Assembly (NCBI GenBank): GCA_964488405.1
Contig: CAZAUU010000003.1
Coordinates: forward strand, 2,371-66,370
DNA length: 64,000 bases
Origin: an uncultured Phocaeicola sp.
GTDB lineage: Bacteria; Bacteroidota; Bacteroidia; Bacteroidales; Bacteroidaceae
Reading direction: 5' to 3'
Both the position numbers and the translations under genes were made by a program. Within the stretch, counting starts at the first letter, position 1. Each line of letters begins with the position of its first letter. Of this stretch, positions 28,586 through 37,728 are shown piece after piece. The notes below the pieces were generated by a model. The model made no database searches. It was given only the letters and a program-made list of their open reading frames with translations, and was not told where the DNA came from.

Positions 28586-29482
28586 ATGAAAGAAATAACA
28601 GAATGGATGCGAGGAGAATCGTCCGCCAACGGTTCATGGGAGATGACCGAGTACGAAAACAGCCTGGTGGTGGCAAGGCAGGAAGGAACGGACTTCTGCA
28701 TGCCCGGTAAGGTGCCAAAAGGGAACTGGCATGTTTTCCTGTTGGTGCATGAAGGCGAGTTGCGGTTGACTGCCAACAAGAACCGTATCGGATTCGACAA
28801 GCCTGTATATATTGACTTTATCCCCTCCATCGAGTGGGAAGACATCACCTTTGCAGGCAAGTATTGTGCTTCGTTCATCGTGGCAGACCAATCTTTCTTC
28901 ATGGAAGCCACCGATTCGATACGCGGCAAGATAACGGAAAGGATACTGCAGTATTCCCAATCGCCTTTCACGGCGCTGGATGCCGCAAACAGTAATAGCC
29001 TGATGAAGCTGGAAGATTTGCTGATAGACACAATGAGGGAAGAATACCACCTGTTCAGGCGTGAATCGCTGAAATCGTTGATCTGTGCATGGCAATACAA
29101 GTGTTGGAGCATTTTTTCATGGCAACAACAAGTTGTGCACACGAATATCGGCCCGCAGTGGAACAATATTGTTTCACATTTTTTCCACCTGGCGTATACA
29201 AACTGCCGCGAACACCGGGGAGTAAGCTGGTATGCCGGACAGATAGGGGTATCGCCCGATACCTTGTCGGCCACGTTGAAACGACTTTATGGCAAAACGG
29301 CAAGTACCATCCTTGAAGAACTGCTTGCCATCGAAGCGAAAACCTGCCTGCGCAACCCCATCTTGTCGGTGCAGGACGTGGCGGAAATGCTGCATTTCTC
29401 CGACCAGTCGGCATTCAACAAATTCTTCAAACGCTATACCGGCGTAACACCCAATGGATGGCGGAAATTGGAAAAAGCATAA
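28586..29482 (+). CDS. AraC-family regulator divergent from RND operon 2
   Basis: C-terminal HTH VSWYAGQIGVSP...SVQDVAEMLHFSDQSAFNKFFKRYTGVTP. Confidence 0.92.
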   Translation: MKEITEWMRGESSANGSWEMTEYENSLVVARQEGTDFCMPGKVPKGNWHVFLLVHEGELRLTANKNRIGFDKPVYIDFIPSIEWEDITFAGKYCASFIVADQSFFMEATDSIRGKITERILQYSQSPFTALDAANSNSLMKLEDLLIDTMREEYHLFRRESLKSLICAWQYKCWSIFSWQQQVVHTNIGPQWNNIVSHFFHLAYTNCREHRGVSWYAGQIGVSPDTLSATLKRLYGKTASTILEELLAIEAKTCLRNPILSVQDVAEMLHFSDQSAFNKFFKRYTGVTPNGWRKLEKA

Positions 29483-29554
29483 AATCTTTCGACGGATTTC
29501 AAAATAAATTCCGTACATTCGTTGTCCGAACAAGGACATCTATTCTTAATCGGT

Positions 29555-31696
29555 ATGGAAAATTATTTTCTGAAATCATGTATGGGAAGTGCCCGGACGG
29601 CAGGCATTACCATCGGAATAATGTGTTGCCTGGCGCAAAGCCCGTCTGCTTTTGCACAGGAAACAGGAAGACGCAACCCGCTGCGTGAAACCGATGAGGT
29701 TTTCTTCCAAACGGAAGAAGCGCGGCGTATCGGCGACCTGGTCTTGATTTACCAGCGCGTCACCGGAGGGTGGCCGAAAAACATCGACATGACCCGGCAG
29801 ATGGACGAAGCCGAAAAGGAAACGGTACTGAAGGACAAGCAGCGGCGGGACGATTCGACAATAGACAACAATGCCACGACCATGCAGATGAATTACCTGG
29901 CCCACCTGTACCGTGCCACGGGCGATGTACGCTATCGGGACGCTTTCCGTGCGGGGGTGGAATACCTGCTGTCGGGACAATACGACAACGGAGGATGGCC
30001 ACAGTTTTGGCCTGTGATGCGCGGATACCAGTCACACATCACTTTTAATGACGATGCAATAGTGAACCTTCTGGTGCTCTGGCAGAAACTGATGGCGGGA
30101 GAAGCCCCTTACGACAAAGATTTGCTGGATGAAGGCTTGCTGGACAAGCTGCACGAGTCTTTCCGGAAAGGCGTCGACTGTATCCTGGCCACGCAAATCT
30201 GGAACGGCGGGCAGCCGACCGTGTGGTGCCAGCAGTATGATGAACACACCCTGTTTCCCGCAGCGGCACGCGCCTACGAGCTTCCTTCGTACTGTTCGCA
30301 GGAGAGCGTTGCCATCGTACACCTGCTCATGAGCCTGCCCCACCCGGACGACAGGGTAAAACAGGCGGTACATGGGGCAATGAAGTGGTTCGATACGTAC
30401 AAACTGACCGGATTGCGCCTGGAACGGAAAAGGCAAAACGGACGCTGGACGGACACACGGCTGGTGGCAGACAGCCTGGCGGACCCGATATGGGCACGGT
30501 TTTACGACCTGGAACGTTGCGAGCCGTATGTATGCGACCGTGACGGGATTCCCCGCCGGCACCTGGAAGAATTGGGAGAAGAGCGCCGCAACGGATACAG
30601 CTGGTACAACAGCCGTCCTGCCGCACTGTTCGAGTTGTATAATGCCTGGGCGGACAAATACGACCCGGCACGGAAGGTGGCTGTCAGCCTGGATACCCGG
30701 GGAGCCAATGAGAACGGGACCATCGACATGTACCGCCATCCGGTTGTGGACCGCTCGGCGTTCGACTTCATTGTAAAGCCGGGCGAAAGCATCCAGGCTG
30801 CCGTTGAAGCGGCTCCCGAAAAACCGGAAACACCTTTCAAGATTCTGGTGTTGAACGGTACCTACCGGCAGAAAGTGATTGTCGACCGCCCGAACATCGT
30901 GTTGGTAGGCGAAAACCGCGACAGCACGGTATTGGTATGGGCAGAAACAGCAAAGACACAGGCCGTGACCGAATATCATGGCAAGCCCGTGGGCAACGGT
31001 GTCATCGTGTTGCAGGAAGGGGCAGACGACTGTGTAATCAGCGGCATGACTGTCTACAACAATTACGGGACAACGGTAGAGAATACCACCACGCACCAAA
31101 TGGCCATCTTCGGGAGAGCCACGCGAACCATTGTCATCAACTGTAATGTGTGGGCGGACGGCAATGATGCCCTCTCGCTCTGGGCACCCGAAAGTGGCGG
31201 GATGTATTATCATGCCGACCTTTACCTGCGTTGTCCCGGCGTGGACTTCCTTTGTCCGCGAGGCTGGTGCTATGCCACCCGCTGCCATTTTTACGGCGAC
31301 GGGCGTGCGATGATCTGGCACGACGGACGGGGAGACAGGAGCAAGAAGTTGGTAATCACCAATTCCACCTTCGATGCAAAATCGCCTACGGCATTAGGAC
31401 GCTACCACCACGACTCACAGTTTTACCTGATAAACTGCAGGCTGTCGGCGAATGTACTGGATTGCAATATCGGTTATGCCTATTCGGACAAAGTGCTCGA
31501 CCCCTGCCCGTGGGGACAACGCACCTATTATTATGGATGCACGCGCGAAAGCGGGAACAGCGGTTGGCTGGACAACAACCTGGACAAGGCCGAAGGTGCC
31601 CCTCCGTTTTATGCCATCACGGCACAATGGACTTTCGACAGGAAATGGGATCCGGAGCAACGCATCCGCGACTTGTGGAATGTATTGGCTTATTAA
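29555..31696 (+). CDS. pelA: Pectate lyase (PL10) fused to a CE8 pectinesterase-like domain
   Basis: PL10 motifs GGWPKN, STIDN.AT, NGGWPQF, ITFND, ARAYELPS, WARFY. CE8-like C-terminal part (GNDALS, GVDFL, LGR). Signal ending AFA|QE; start uncertain. Confidence 0.88.
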   Translation: MENYFLKSCMGSARTAGITIGIMCCLAQSPSAFAQETGRRNPLRETDEVFFQTEEARRIGDLVLIYQRVTGGWPKNIDMTRQMDEAEKETVLKDKQRRDDSTIDNNATTMQMNYLAHLYRATGDVRYRDAFRAGVEYLLSGQYDNGGWPQFWPVMRGYQSHITFNDDAIVNLLVLWQKLMAGEAPYDKDLLDEGLLDKLHESFRKGVDCILATQIWNGGQPTVWCQQYDEHTLFPAAARAYELPSYCSQESVAIVHLLMSLPHPDDRVKQAVHGAMKWFDTYKLTGLRLERKRQNGRWTDTRLVADSLADPIWARFYDLERCEPYVCDRDGIPRRHLEELGEERRNGYSWYNSRPAALFELYNAWADKYDPARKVAVSLDTRGANENGTIDMYRHPVVDRSAFDFIVKPGESIQAAVEAAPEKPETPFKILVLNGTYRQKVIVDRPNIVLVGENRDSTVLVWAETAKTQAVTEYHGKPVGNGVIVLQEGADDCVISGMTVYNNYGTTVENTTTHQMAIFGRATRTIVINCNVWADGNDALSLWAPESGGMYYHADLYLRCPGVDFLCPRGWCYATRCHFYGDGRAMIWHDGRGDRSKKLVITNSTFDAKSPTALGRYHHDSQFYLINCRLSANVLDCNIGYAYSDKVLDPCPWGQRTYYYGCTRESGNSGWLDNNLDKAEGAPPFYAITAQWTFDRKWDPEQRIRDLWNVLAY

Positions 31697-31711
31697 GATG
31701 AAGACACTGAT

Positions 31712-31759
31712 GACAAAGAAAAGGCACGAAGGGTTCGGATTTCGTGCCTTTTCTTTGTC
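31712..31759. terminator. Bidirectional terminator (19-bp perfect inverted repeat)
   Basis: GACAAAGAAAAGGCACGAA-N10-TTCGTGCCTTTTCTTTGTC between convergent genes. Confidence 0.9.
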
Positions 31760-31770
31760 CCATGCACGGG

Positions 31771-34074
31771 TCAGGCAACGCCCGAACCACGCAACTGTTT
31801 GTTCATGGCCGCCGCCGCACGGCGTCCGTCACCCATAGCAAGGATGACCGTAGCACCTCCACGTACGATGTCACCCCCGGCGTATACGATGGGGATAGAC
31901 GACTGCATGTCGCTGTTTACTGCTATTGTGCCCTTGCGTCCCAACTCCAGTCCGGCAATGGAATTAGGCACAATCGGGTTGGGCGATACCCCCACACTGA
32001 CAATCGCCATGTCGATGTCCATCGTTTCGGTCGCACCGGGAATAGGCACCGGGCTACGCCTGCCTGACGCATCGGGTTCCCCCAATTCCATTTTTTGGAG
32101 TACTACCTGCTTTACACGTCCCTGTTCGTCTGCTATGTATTCCACCGGATTATGCAGTGTCAAGAACTCCACACCTTCCTCCTTGGCGTGTTTCACTTCT
32201 TCTATACGGGCAGGCATCTCCTCTTCCGAACGCCGGTAGACAATGACCGCACGCTCCGCCCCCAAACGCCGTGCCGTACGCACGGAATCCATGGCCGTGT
32301 TTCCTCCTCCTATCACCACAACCCGCTTGCCAAACGTCACAGGTGTATCCGAGTCTTCGCTTGCCGCATCCATCAGATTGACACGCGTAAGATACTCGTT
32401 TGACGACATGATATTGATGGAATTTTCGCCGGGGATATCCATAAAGTTGGGCAATCCGGCTCCTGAAGCCACAAACACGCCTTTAAAGCCGTCCGCCATC
32501 AGTTCGTCCACCGTGACGGTCTTTCCTATAATGCAGTCCTTCACAAAAGTCACACCCATTTTTGAAAGATTGTCGATTTCCACATCCACAATGCGGTTCG
32601 GCAGGCGGAATTCGGGAATACCGTATTTCAGCACGCCACCGATTTCATGCAGTGCCTCGAAGACAGTCACATCGTAGCCCAGCTTTGCCATGTCACCGGC
32701 AAACGACAATCCCGCCGGTCCCGAACCTACCACGGCAACTTTTATGCCGTTTTTCTCGGCAAGTTCCGGTACCGAGATATTCCCGCTCTCGCGCTCATAG
32801 TCGGCGGCAAAACGCTCCAGATACCCGATAGCCACCGCCTCATGCCCCATTTTCAGATGGATGCATTTCGACTCACACTGTTTTTCCTGCGGACAGACAC
32901 GGCCACATACAGCAGGCAATGCACTGGTTTTCTTCAGCACCCGTGCCGCTTCGAGGAATTCGCCCCGCTCGATGTTTTTGATGAATCCCGGGATGTCGAT
33001 ACCTACCGGGCAACCTTCCATACATGAAGGATGGGCGCAGTCCAAACAACGCTTTGCCTCCGTCAACGCCTGTTCTTCGTTCAGCCCGAGGTTTACCTCC
33101 TCTTTCCGACTGTGCGAACGGTATTCCGGATCCAGCTCGTTCATTTTCACACGGGGAATAGCCGTCCGTTCCTTGGGTTTCATCGACTTGCGAAGCATCT
33201 CGCGCCACGATGCATCCCGTCCTTCTTCCGGCAATACCTTACATGCCCCGGGAGCCGGTTCGTCCAACTTGTGTATTTCTTCGCGTTCAATATCCTTGAA
33301 AGCCCCCAGTCGTTTCAGCATCTCGTCGAAGTCTACCTGATGCCCGTCAAATTCCGGCCCGTCCACGCACACGAACCTGGTCTTCCCTCCTACCGTAATG
33401 CGGCATGCCCCGCACATGCCCGTGCCGTCTACCATGATGGTGTTGAGCGACACATCGGTCGGGATACCATGTTTCCTTGTCAGCAGGCACACGAACTTCA
33501 TCATCACGGCAGGGCCGATGGCAAAACACTTGTCTACCTTCTCGCGCCTGATGACCTCTTCCACGCCTTCCGTCACCAGCCCCTTCTTGCCATACGAACC
33601 GTCATCGGTCATGATAATCACTTCGTCTGAGCTCTCACGCATTTCCTTTTCCAATATAATCAACTCCTTCGTACGTCCGGCCAGCACAGTGACCACACGA
33701 TTCCCCGCAGCCTTCAAGGCCCGTACGATGGGAAGCATCGGGGCTATTCCCACACCTCCTCCGGCACAAACCACAGTACCGAAGTTTTCGATGTGCGTAG
33801 CTTTTCCAAGCGGTCCTACCACATCAGTGATACAATCACCTTCTTCCAACTCGCACAAACGGGTGGACGACAACCCCACTTCCTGCACCACCAGCGTGAT
33901 GGTGCCTTTCACCGGATCGGCATCAGCAATGGTCAGAGGTATACGTTCTCCCTTTTCACCCACGCGCACAATGACAAAATGTCCCGCTTTGCGCGACCTG
34001 GCTATCAAGGGAGCCTCTACCACCAGCCTGAACACCTTTTCCGAAAAATGTTCCTTTGAAATAATTTTATTCAT
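31771..34074 (-). CDS. nfnAB: Fused NfnA-NfnB electron-bifurcating transhydrogenase (often annotated PyrK-like/GltD-like fusion)
   Basis: N-terminal GERIPLTI, MVDGTGMCGAC, CVDGPEF. C-terminal RCLDC..C..GCP, CGRVCPQE, GSGPAG, GGGNTAMD. Confidence 0.9.
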   Translation of the reverse strand: MNKIISKEHFSEKVFRLVVEAPLIARSRKAGHFVIVRVGEKGERIPLTIADADPVKGTITLVVQEVGLSSTRLCELEEGDCITDVVGPLGKATHIENFGTVVCAGGGVGIAPMLPIVRALKAAGNRVVTVLAGRTKELIILEKEMRESSDEVIIMTDDGSYGKKGLVTEGVEEVIRREKVDKCFAIGPAVMMKFVCLLTRKHGIPTDVSLNTIMVDGTGMCGACRITVGGKTRFVCVDGPEFDGHQVDFDEMLKRLGAFKDIEREEIHKLDEPAPGACKVLPEEGRDASWREMLRKSMKPKERTAIPRVKMNELDPEYRSHSRKEEVNLGLNEEQALTEAKRCLDCAHPSCMEGCPVGIDIPGFIKNIERGEFLEAARVLKKTSALPAVCGRVCPQEKQCESKCIHLKMGHEAVAIGYLERFAADYERESGNISVPELAEKNGIKVAVVGSGPAGLSFAGDMAKLGYDVTVFEALHEIGGVLKYGIPEFRLPNRIVDVEIDNLSKMGVTFVKDCIIGKTVTVDELMADGFKGVFVASGAGLPNFMDIPGENSINIMSSNEYLTRVNLMDAASEDSDTPVTFGKRVVVIGGGNTAMDSVRTARRLGAERAVIVYRRSEEEMPARIEEVKHAKEEGVEFLTLHNPVEYIADEQGRVKQVVLQKMELGEPDASGRRSPVPIPGATETMDIDMAIVSVGVSPNPIVPNSIAGLELGRKGTIAVNSDMQSSIPIVYAGGDIVRGGATVILAMGDGRRAAAAMNKQLRGSGVA

Positions 34075-34346
34075 TTTGCTTGATGTAATAAGTTAGTTTT
34101 CAGCGAACGCAAAGTTAGAATTTTCGGGCGCATCTACAAAAACAAATGACGTTTAAACACGCTGTAAGCAGCATTTTCTTCACGGTTCACAAATTGTAGC
34201 AGCCCGGTACTAGCCGTCGGAAGCCACTGATGACGATACGGAAGGAGGCTTTTTCAGTCCGGATGGGGAAATAATTGCCACAAACGCCCGTCCGATTAAA
34301 AATAAAAGTCTATCTTTGTCCGATAGACCAAAACGAGTTTGTAAAC

Positions 34347-34625
34347 ATGACAGAAAAACTTGAAAAAATCAAACATCTGATAAATAATGGAGACACACAA
34401 ACCGCTATCGAACAGCTGAACCGCTACCTCTCTCTGCATACCGGGGAAGCGGATACAGCCTACTACCTGTTAGGAAACGCCTGCCGCAAGCAGGGAGACT
34501 GGCAGGGAGCCCTGAACAATTACCAAGAAGCAATCACCCTCAATCCCAACAGCCCGGCTACCGGAGCCCGCCGGATGGTGATGGATATTCTCAATTTCTA
34601 TAATAAAGATATGTTTAATCAATAA
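34347..34625 (+). CDS. Small TPR protein, first gene of the 2-oxoacid oxidoreductase operon
   Basis: TPR consensus AYYLLGNACRKQGDWQGALNNYQEAITLNP. -7 box at 34311-34318 supports ATG 34347. Confidence 0.85.
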   Translation: MTEKLEKIKHLINNGDTQTAIEQLNRYLSLHTGEADTAYYLLGNACRKQGDWQGALNNYQEAITLNPNSPATGARRMVMDILNFYNKDMFNQ

Positions 34626-34637
34626 CGTGATTTCAAT

Positions 34638-34865
34638 ATGGCTAAAATGAAAGGTGTGGTTGTCGTGAATATAGAACGGTGCAAGGGATGCAACTTATGC
34701 GTTGTAGCATGTCCGTTGCACGTACTGTCACTCACCTCGAAAGTGAATCAGAAAGGATATAATTATGTGCAGCAGACGATAGAAGATGCCTGCAACGGGT
34801 GTTCCTCGTGTGCCATTGTGTGCCCGGACGCCTGCCTGACCGTATATAGGGCAAAAGACTTATGA
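34638..34865 (+). CDS. 2x[4Fe-4S] ferredoxin (delta subunit of 2-oxoacid:ferredoxin oxidoreductase)
   Basis: CKGCNLCVVACP and CNGCSSCAIVCP. Confidence 0.95.
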   Translation: MAKMKGVVVVNIERCKGCNLCVVACPLHVLSLTSKVNQKGYNYVQQTIEDACNGCSSCAIVCPDACLTVYRAKDL

Positions 34866-34920
34866 ATCGGCATACAGGCTCGGAAAAAAAGATTTGAAAA
34901 CTGAAAAACTATAATAAATT

Positions 34921-36003
34921 ATGGCAGAAGAAATAGTTTTAATGAAAGGAAACGAAGCCATCGCTCATGCCGCCATCCGGTTTGGTGTAGACGGGTACTT
35001 CGGATATCCTATCACTCCCCAATCAGAGGTATTGGAAACCCTCGCCGAACAGAAGCCGTGGGAGACGACAGGCATGGTCGTCTTGCAGGCGGAAAGCGAA
35101 GTCGCGGCCATCAACATGGTATACGGAGGAGCCGGAAGTGGGAAAATGGTCATGACCTCATCTTCCAGTCCGGGTGTCAGCCTGAAACAGGAAGGCATCT
35201 CCTACATCGCAGGAGCAGAACTTCCGTGCCTGGTGGTGAACGTCATGCGCGGAGGACCAGGCTTGGGGACCATCCAACCCAGCCAGGCAGACTATTTCCA
35301 GACCACCAAAGGAGGAGGCCACGGCGACTACCATGTCATTGCATTGGCTCCTGCCTCGGTACAGGAAATGGCGGACTTCGTCGGACTCGCTTTCGAGCTG
35401 GCATTCAAATACCGCAATCCGGCAATGATCCTTGCCGATGGCGTAATCGGGCAGATGATGGAAAAGGTAGTCCTACCCCAGCCCCGCCCGCGCCGCACCG
35501 AAGAGGAAATCATCGCCCAATGCCCGTGGGCTACCACGGGATGCAAAGGAAGGCGCCCCAACATCATCACTTCACTGGAGCTCGACCCGGCAGTAATGGA
35601 GCAGCGTAACTTACACCTGCAGCGGAAATACGCGGAAATCGAAAACAATGAGGCGAGATACGAAGAAATCCTGTGTGACGATGCCGAATACCTGATTGTC
35701 GCATTCGGCTCATGTGCCCGCATCGCCCAGAAGTCCATGGAACACGCACGCGAAGAAGGTATCAAGGTCGGACTCTTCCGTCCCATCACCTTGTGGCCGT
35801 TTCCCGGCAAGGCACTGGCTGAAAGGGCACGGCATGTCAAAGGCATCCTCGCCGTCGAGTTGAACAGCGGGCAGATGATTGAAGATGTCAAGCTGGCAGT
35901 GGAATGCCGTATTCCCGTAGGACATTTCGGACGCCTGGGAGGTATCGTACCCGATCCGGACGAAGTGACAGAATCATTAAAGACCCAATTCAAACTCCAG
36001 TAG
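34921..36003 (+). CDS. vorB: 2-oxoacid:ferredoxin oxidoreductase alpha subunit (VorB-like)
   Basis: GYPITPQSE, QAESEVAA, RGGPGLG, RPITLWPFP. Confidence 0.9.
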   Translation: MAEEIVLMKGNEAIAHAAIRFGVDGYFGYPITPQSEVLETLAEQKPWETTGMVVLQAESEVAAINMVYGGAGSGKMVMTSSSSPGVSLKQEGISYIAGAELPCLVVNVMRGGPGLGTIQPSQADYFQTTKGGGHGDYHVIALAPASVQEMADFVGLAFELAFKYRNPAMILADGVIGQMMEKVVLPQPRPRRTEEEIIAQCPWATTGCKGRRPNIITSLELDPAVMEQRNLHLQRKYAEIENNEARYEEILCDDAEYLIVAFGSCARIAQKSMEHAREEGIKVGLFRPITLWPFPGKALAERARHVKGILAVELNSGQMIEDVKLAVECRIPVGHFGRLGGIVPDPDEVTESLKTQFKLQ

Positions 36004-36075
36004 GCAAGGTAACGGGGATTACGTACCCGGCGGGCAGCCAGTCCGTCCCAAGCCTGTCAATACAAAACAACAAGT

Positions 36076-36270
36076 ATGAACAAAATAGACCAAATCAGAA
36101 ACGTACTGAATATCGTGTTCATGTTAGGAGCCGCAGCTTCTGTAGTCTTGTTTTTCACCGATGCAGACCAGACCGTCTTCTTTTATGTATGCACCATGTC
36201 CATCATCATCAAGATGGTAGAGTACGTACTCCGGTTCAGTCTACGCAACCGACAAAGAAGAAAACCATGA
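36076..36270 (+). CDS. 64-aa two-TM membrane protein inside the oxidoreductase operon
   Basis: Two hydrophobic segments and a basic tail. Its stop overlaps the next ATG (ATGA at 36267-36270). Confidence 0.75.
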   Translation: MNKIDQIRNVLNIVFMLGAAASVVLFFTDADQTVFFYVCTMSIIIKMVEYVLRFSLRNRQRRKP

Positions 36271-37040
36271 CAAAAGAAGATATTGTAAAGCCTGAGAACC
36301 TGGTTTACAAGAAACCTCGTTTGCTGAACGACAACCCGATGCACTACTGCCCCGGATGTAGTCACGGCGTAGTGCACAAACTGATAGCAGAAGTAATCGA
36401 TGAAATGGGAATGGCAGACAAGGCCATTGGCATCAGCCCGGTGGGGTGTGCCGTATTCATGTACAACTATTTGGACATCGATAACCAAGAGGCGGCACAC
36501 GGACGTGCCCCCGCATTGGCAAGTGCCATCAAACGCCTGTGGCCCGACCGCCTGGTCTTTACCTACCAAGGAGACGGCGACCTGGCATGTATCGGTACGG
36601 CAGAAAGCATCCATGCCCTGAACCGGGGTGACAATATCGCCATCATTTTCATCAACAATGCCATCTACGGCATGACGGGCGGACAAATGGCGCCTACCAC
36701 CCTCGTGGGCATGAAAACGTCCACCTGCCCCTACGGACGCAATCCGGAGATACACGGTTATCCGCTGAAAATAACCGAAATCGCCGCCACTTTGGAAGGC
36801 ACATGCTACGTCACACGCCAGTCTGTACATACCGTAGGGGCTATCCGGAAAGCCAAGAAAGCCATCCGCAAGGCATTCGACAACTGCATGGAGGGCAAAG
36901 GCTCCAGCCTGGTGGAAATCGTATCCACATGCAATTCGGGATGGAAAATGACACCCGAAGCCGCCAATAAATGGATGGAAGAGCACATGTTTCCTTTCTA
37001 TCCGCTCGGCGACCTGAAAGACAACACCGTCAAACCCTGA
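36267..37040 (+). CDS. 2-oxoacid:ferredoxin oxidoreductase beta (TPP-binding) subunit
   Basis: YCPGCSHG, HGRAPA, GDGDL, NNAIYGMTGGQ. True start MTKEDIVK at 36267. Confidence 0.93.
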   Translation: MTKEDIVKPENLVYKKPRLLNDNPMHYCPGCSHGVVHKLIAEVIDEMGMADKAIGISPVGCAVFMYNYLDIDNQEAAHGRAPALASAIKRLWPDRLVFTYQGDGDLACIGTAESIHALNRGDNIAIIFINNAIYGMTGGQMAPTTLVGMKTSTCPYGRNPEIHGYPLKITEIAATLEGTCYVTRQSVHTVGAIRKAKKAIRKAFDNCMEGKGSSLVEIVSTCNSGWKMTPEAANKWMEEHMFPFYPLGDLKDNTVKP

Positions 37041-37127
37041 GGCATCCGGGCAAGACAATCCGGGACCGGTGCTGCAGGGCAGCGGTTGCCGGGTTCAGAC
37101 AAAAACCAACCATAAAAACTGAAATGT

Positions 37128-37676
37128 ATGAAAGAAGAAATTATCATAGCAGGATTTGGCGGACAGGGTGTCCTGTCAATGGGAAAGATTCTTGCTTATT
37201 CCGGACTAATGGAGAACAAGGAAGTGACGTGGATGCCTGCGTATGGCCCTGAGCAGCGCGGCGGCACAGCCAATGTAACGGTTATCGTAAGCGATGAACA
37301 CATATCCTCTCCGATTCTGAGTAAATATGACACCGCCGTCATCCTAAACCAACCTTCATTGGTTAAGTTTGAAAGCAAAGTGAAACCGGGAGGTGTCCTT
37401 ATATACGATGGGTACGGCATTATCAATCCTCCTACCCGCACGGACATCCGTGTTTACCGCATCGATGCCATGGATGAAGCCAACGAACGGAAAATGACAA
37501 AGACATTTAACATGATGGTTTTGGGCGGCCTGATGAAAATACGTCCTATCGTATCGGTCGAAAGCGTGGTAAAGGCATTGTACAAAACCCTTCCCGAACG
37601 TCACCACAACCTGATTCCGTTGAATGAACAAGCTATCCAAATCGGCATGGACATCATCCACGAAGTAAACCGATAG
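37128..37676 (+). CDS. 2-oxoacid:ferredoxin oxidoreductase gamma subunit
   Basis: AGFGGQG, YGPEQRGG. Confidence 0.93.
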   Translation: MKEEIIIAGFGGQGVLSMGKILAYSGLMENKEVTWMPAYGPEQRGGTANVTVIVSDEHISSPILSKYDTAVILNQPSLVKFESKVKPGGVLIYDGYGIINPPTRTDIRVYRIDAMDEANERKMTKTFNMMVLGGLMKIRPIVSVESVVKALYKTLPERHHNLIPLNEQAIQIGMDIIHEVNR

Positions 37677-37728
37677 AGAAGACGGCACGGCAAGGGACAC
37701 CTTCACAATAATGAAGGCATAGGGGCTT

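Noticed and set aside
31771-34074. Glutamate synthase small subunit partnering GSIII
   Set aside because: No large subunit nearby, and the N-terminal PyrK-like domain fusion fits NfnAB better.
34175-34193. Rex-like operator (TTCACAA half-site) between nfnAB and the oxidoreductase operon
   Set aside because: Only one half-site matches; the other is poor.
35904-36266. N-terminal extension of the beta subunit given in the ORF track (likewise the extensions on dinB, tsaC, ECF sigma and MATE)
   Set aside because: The extensions overlap other genes or promoters; conserved sequence begins at downstream ATGs.
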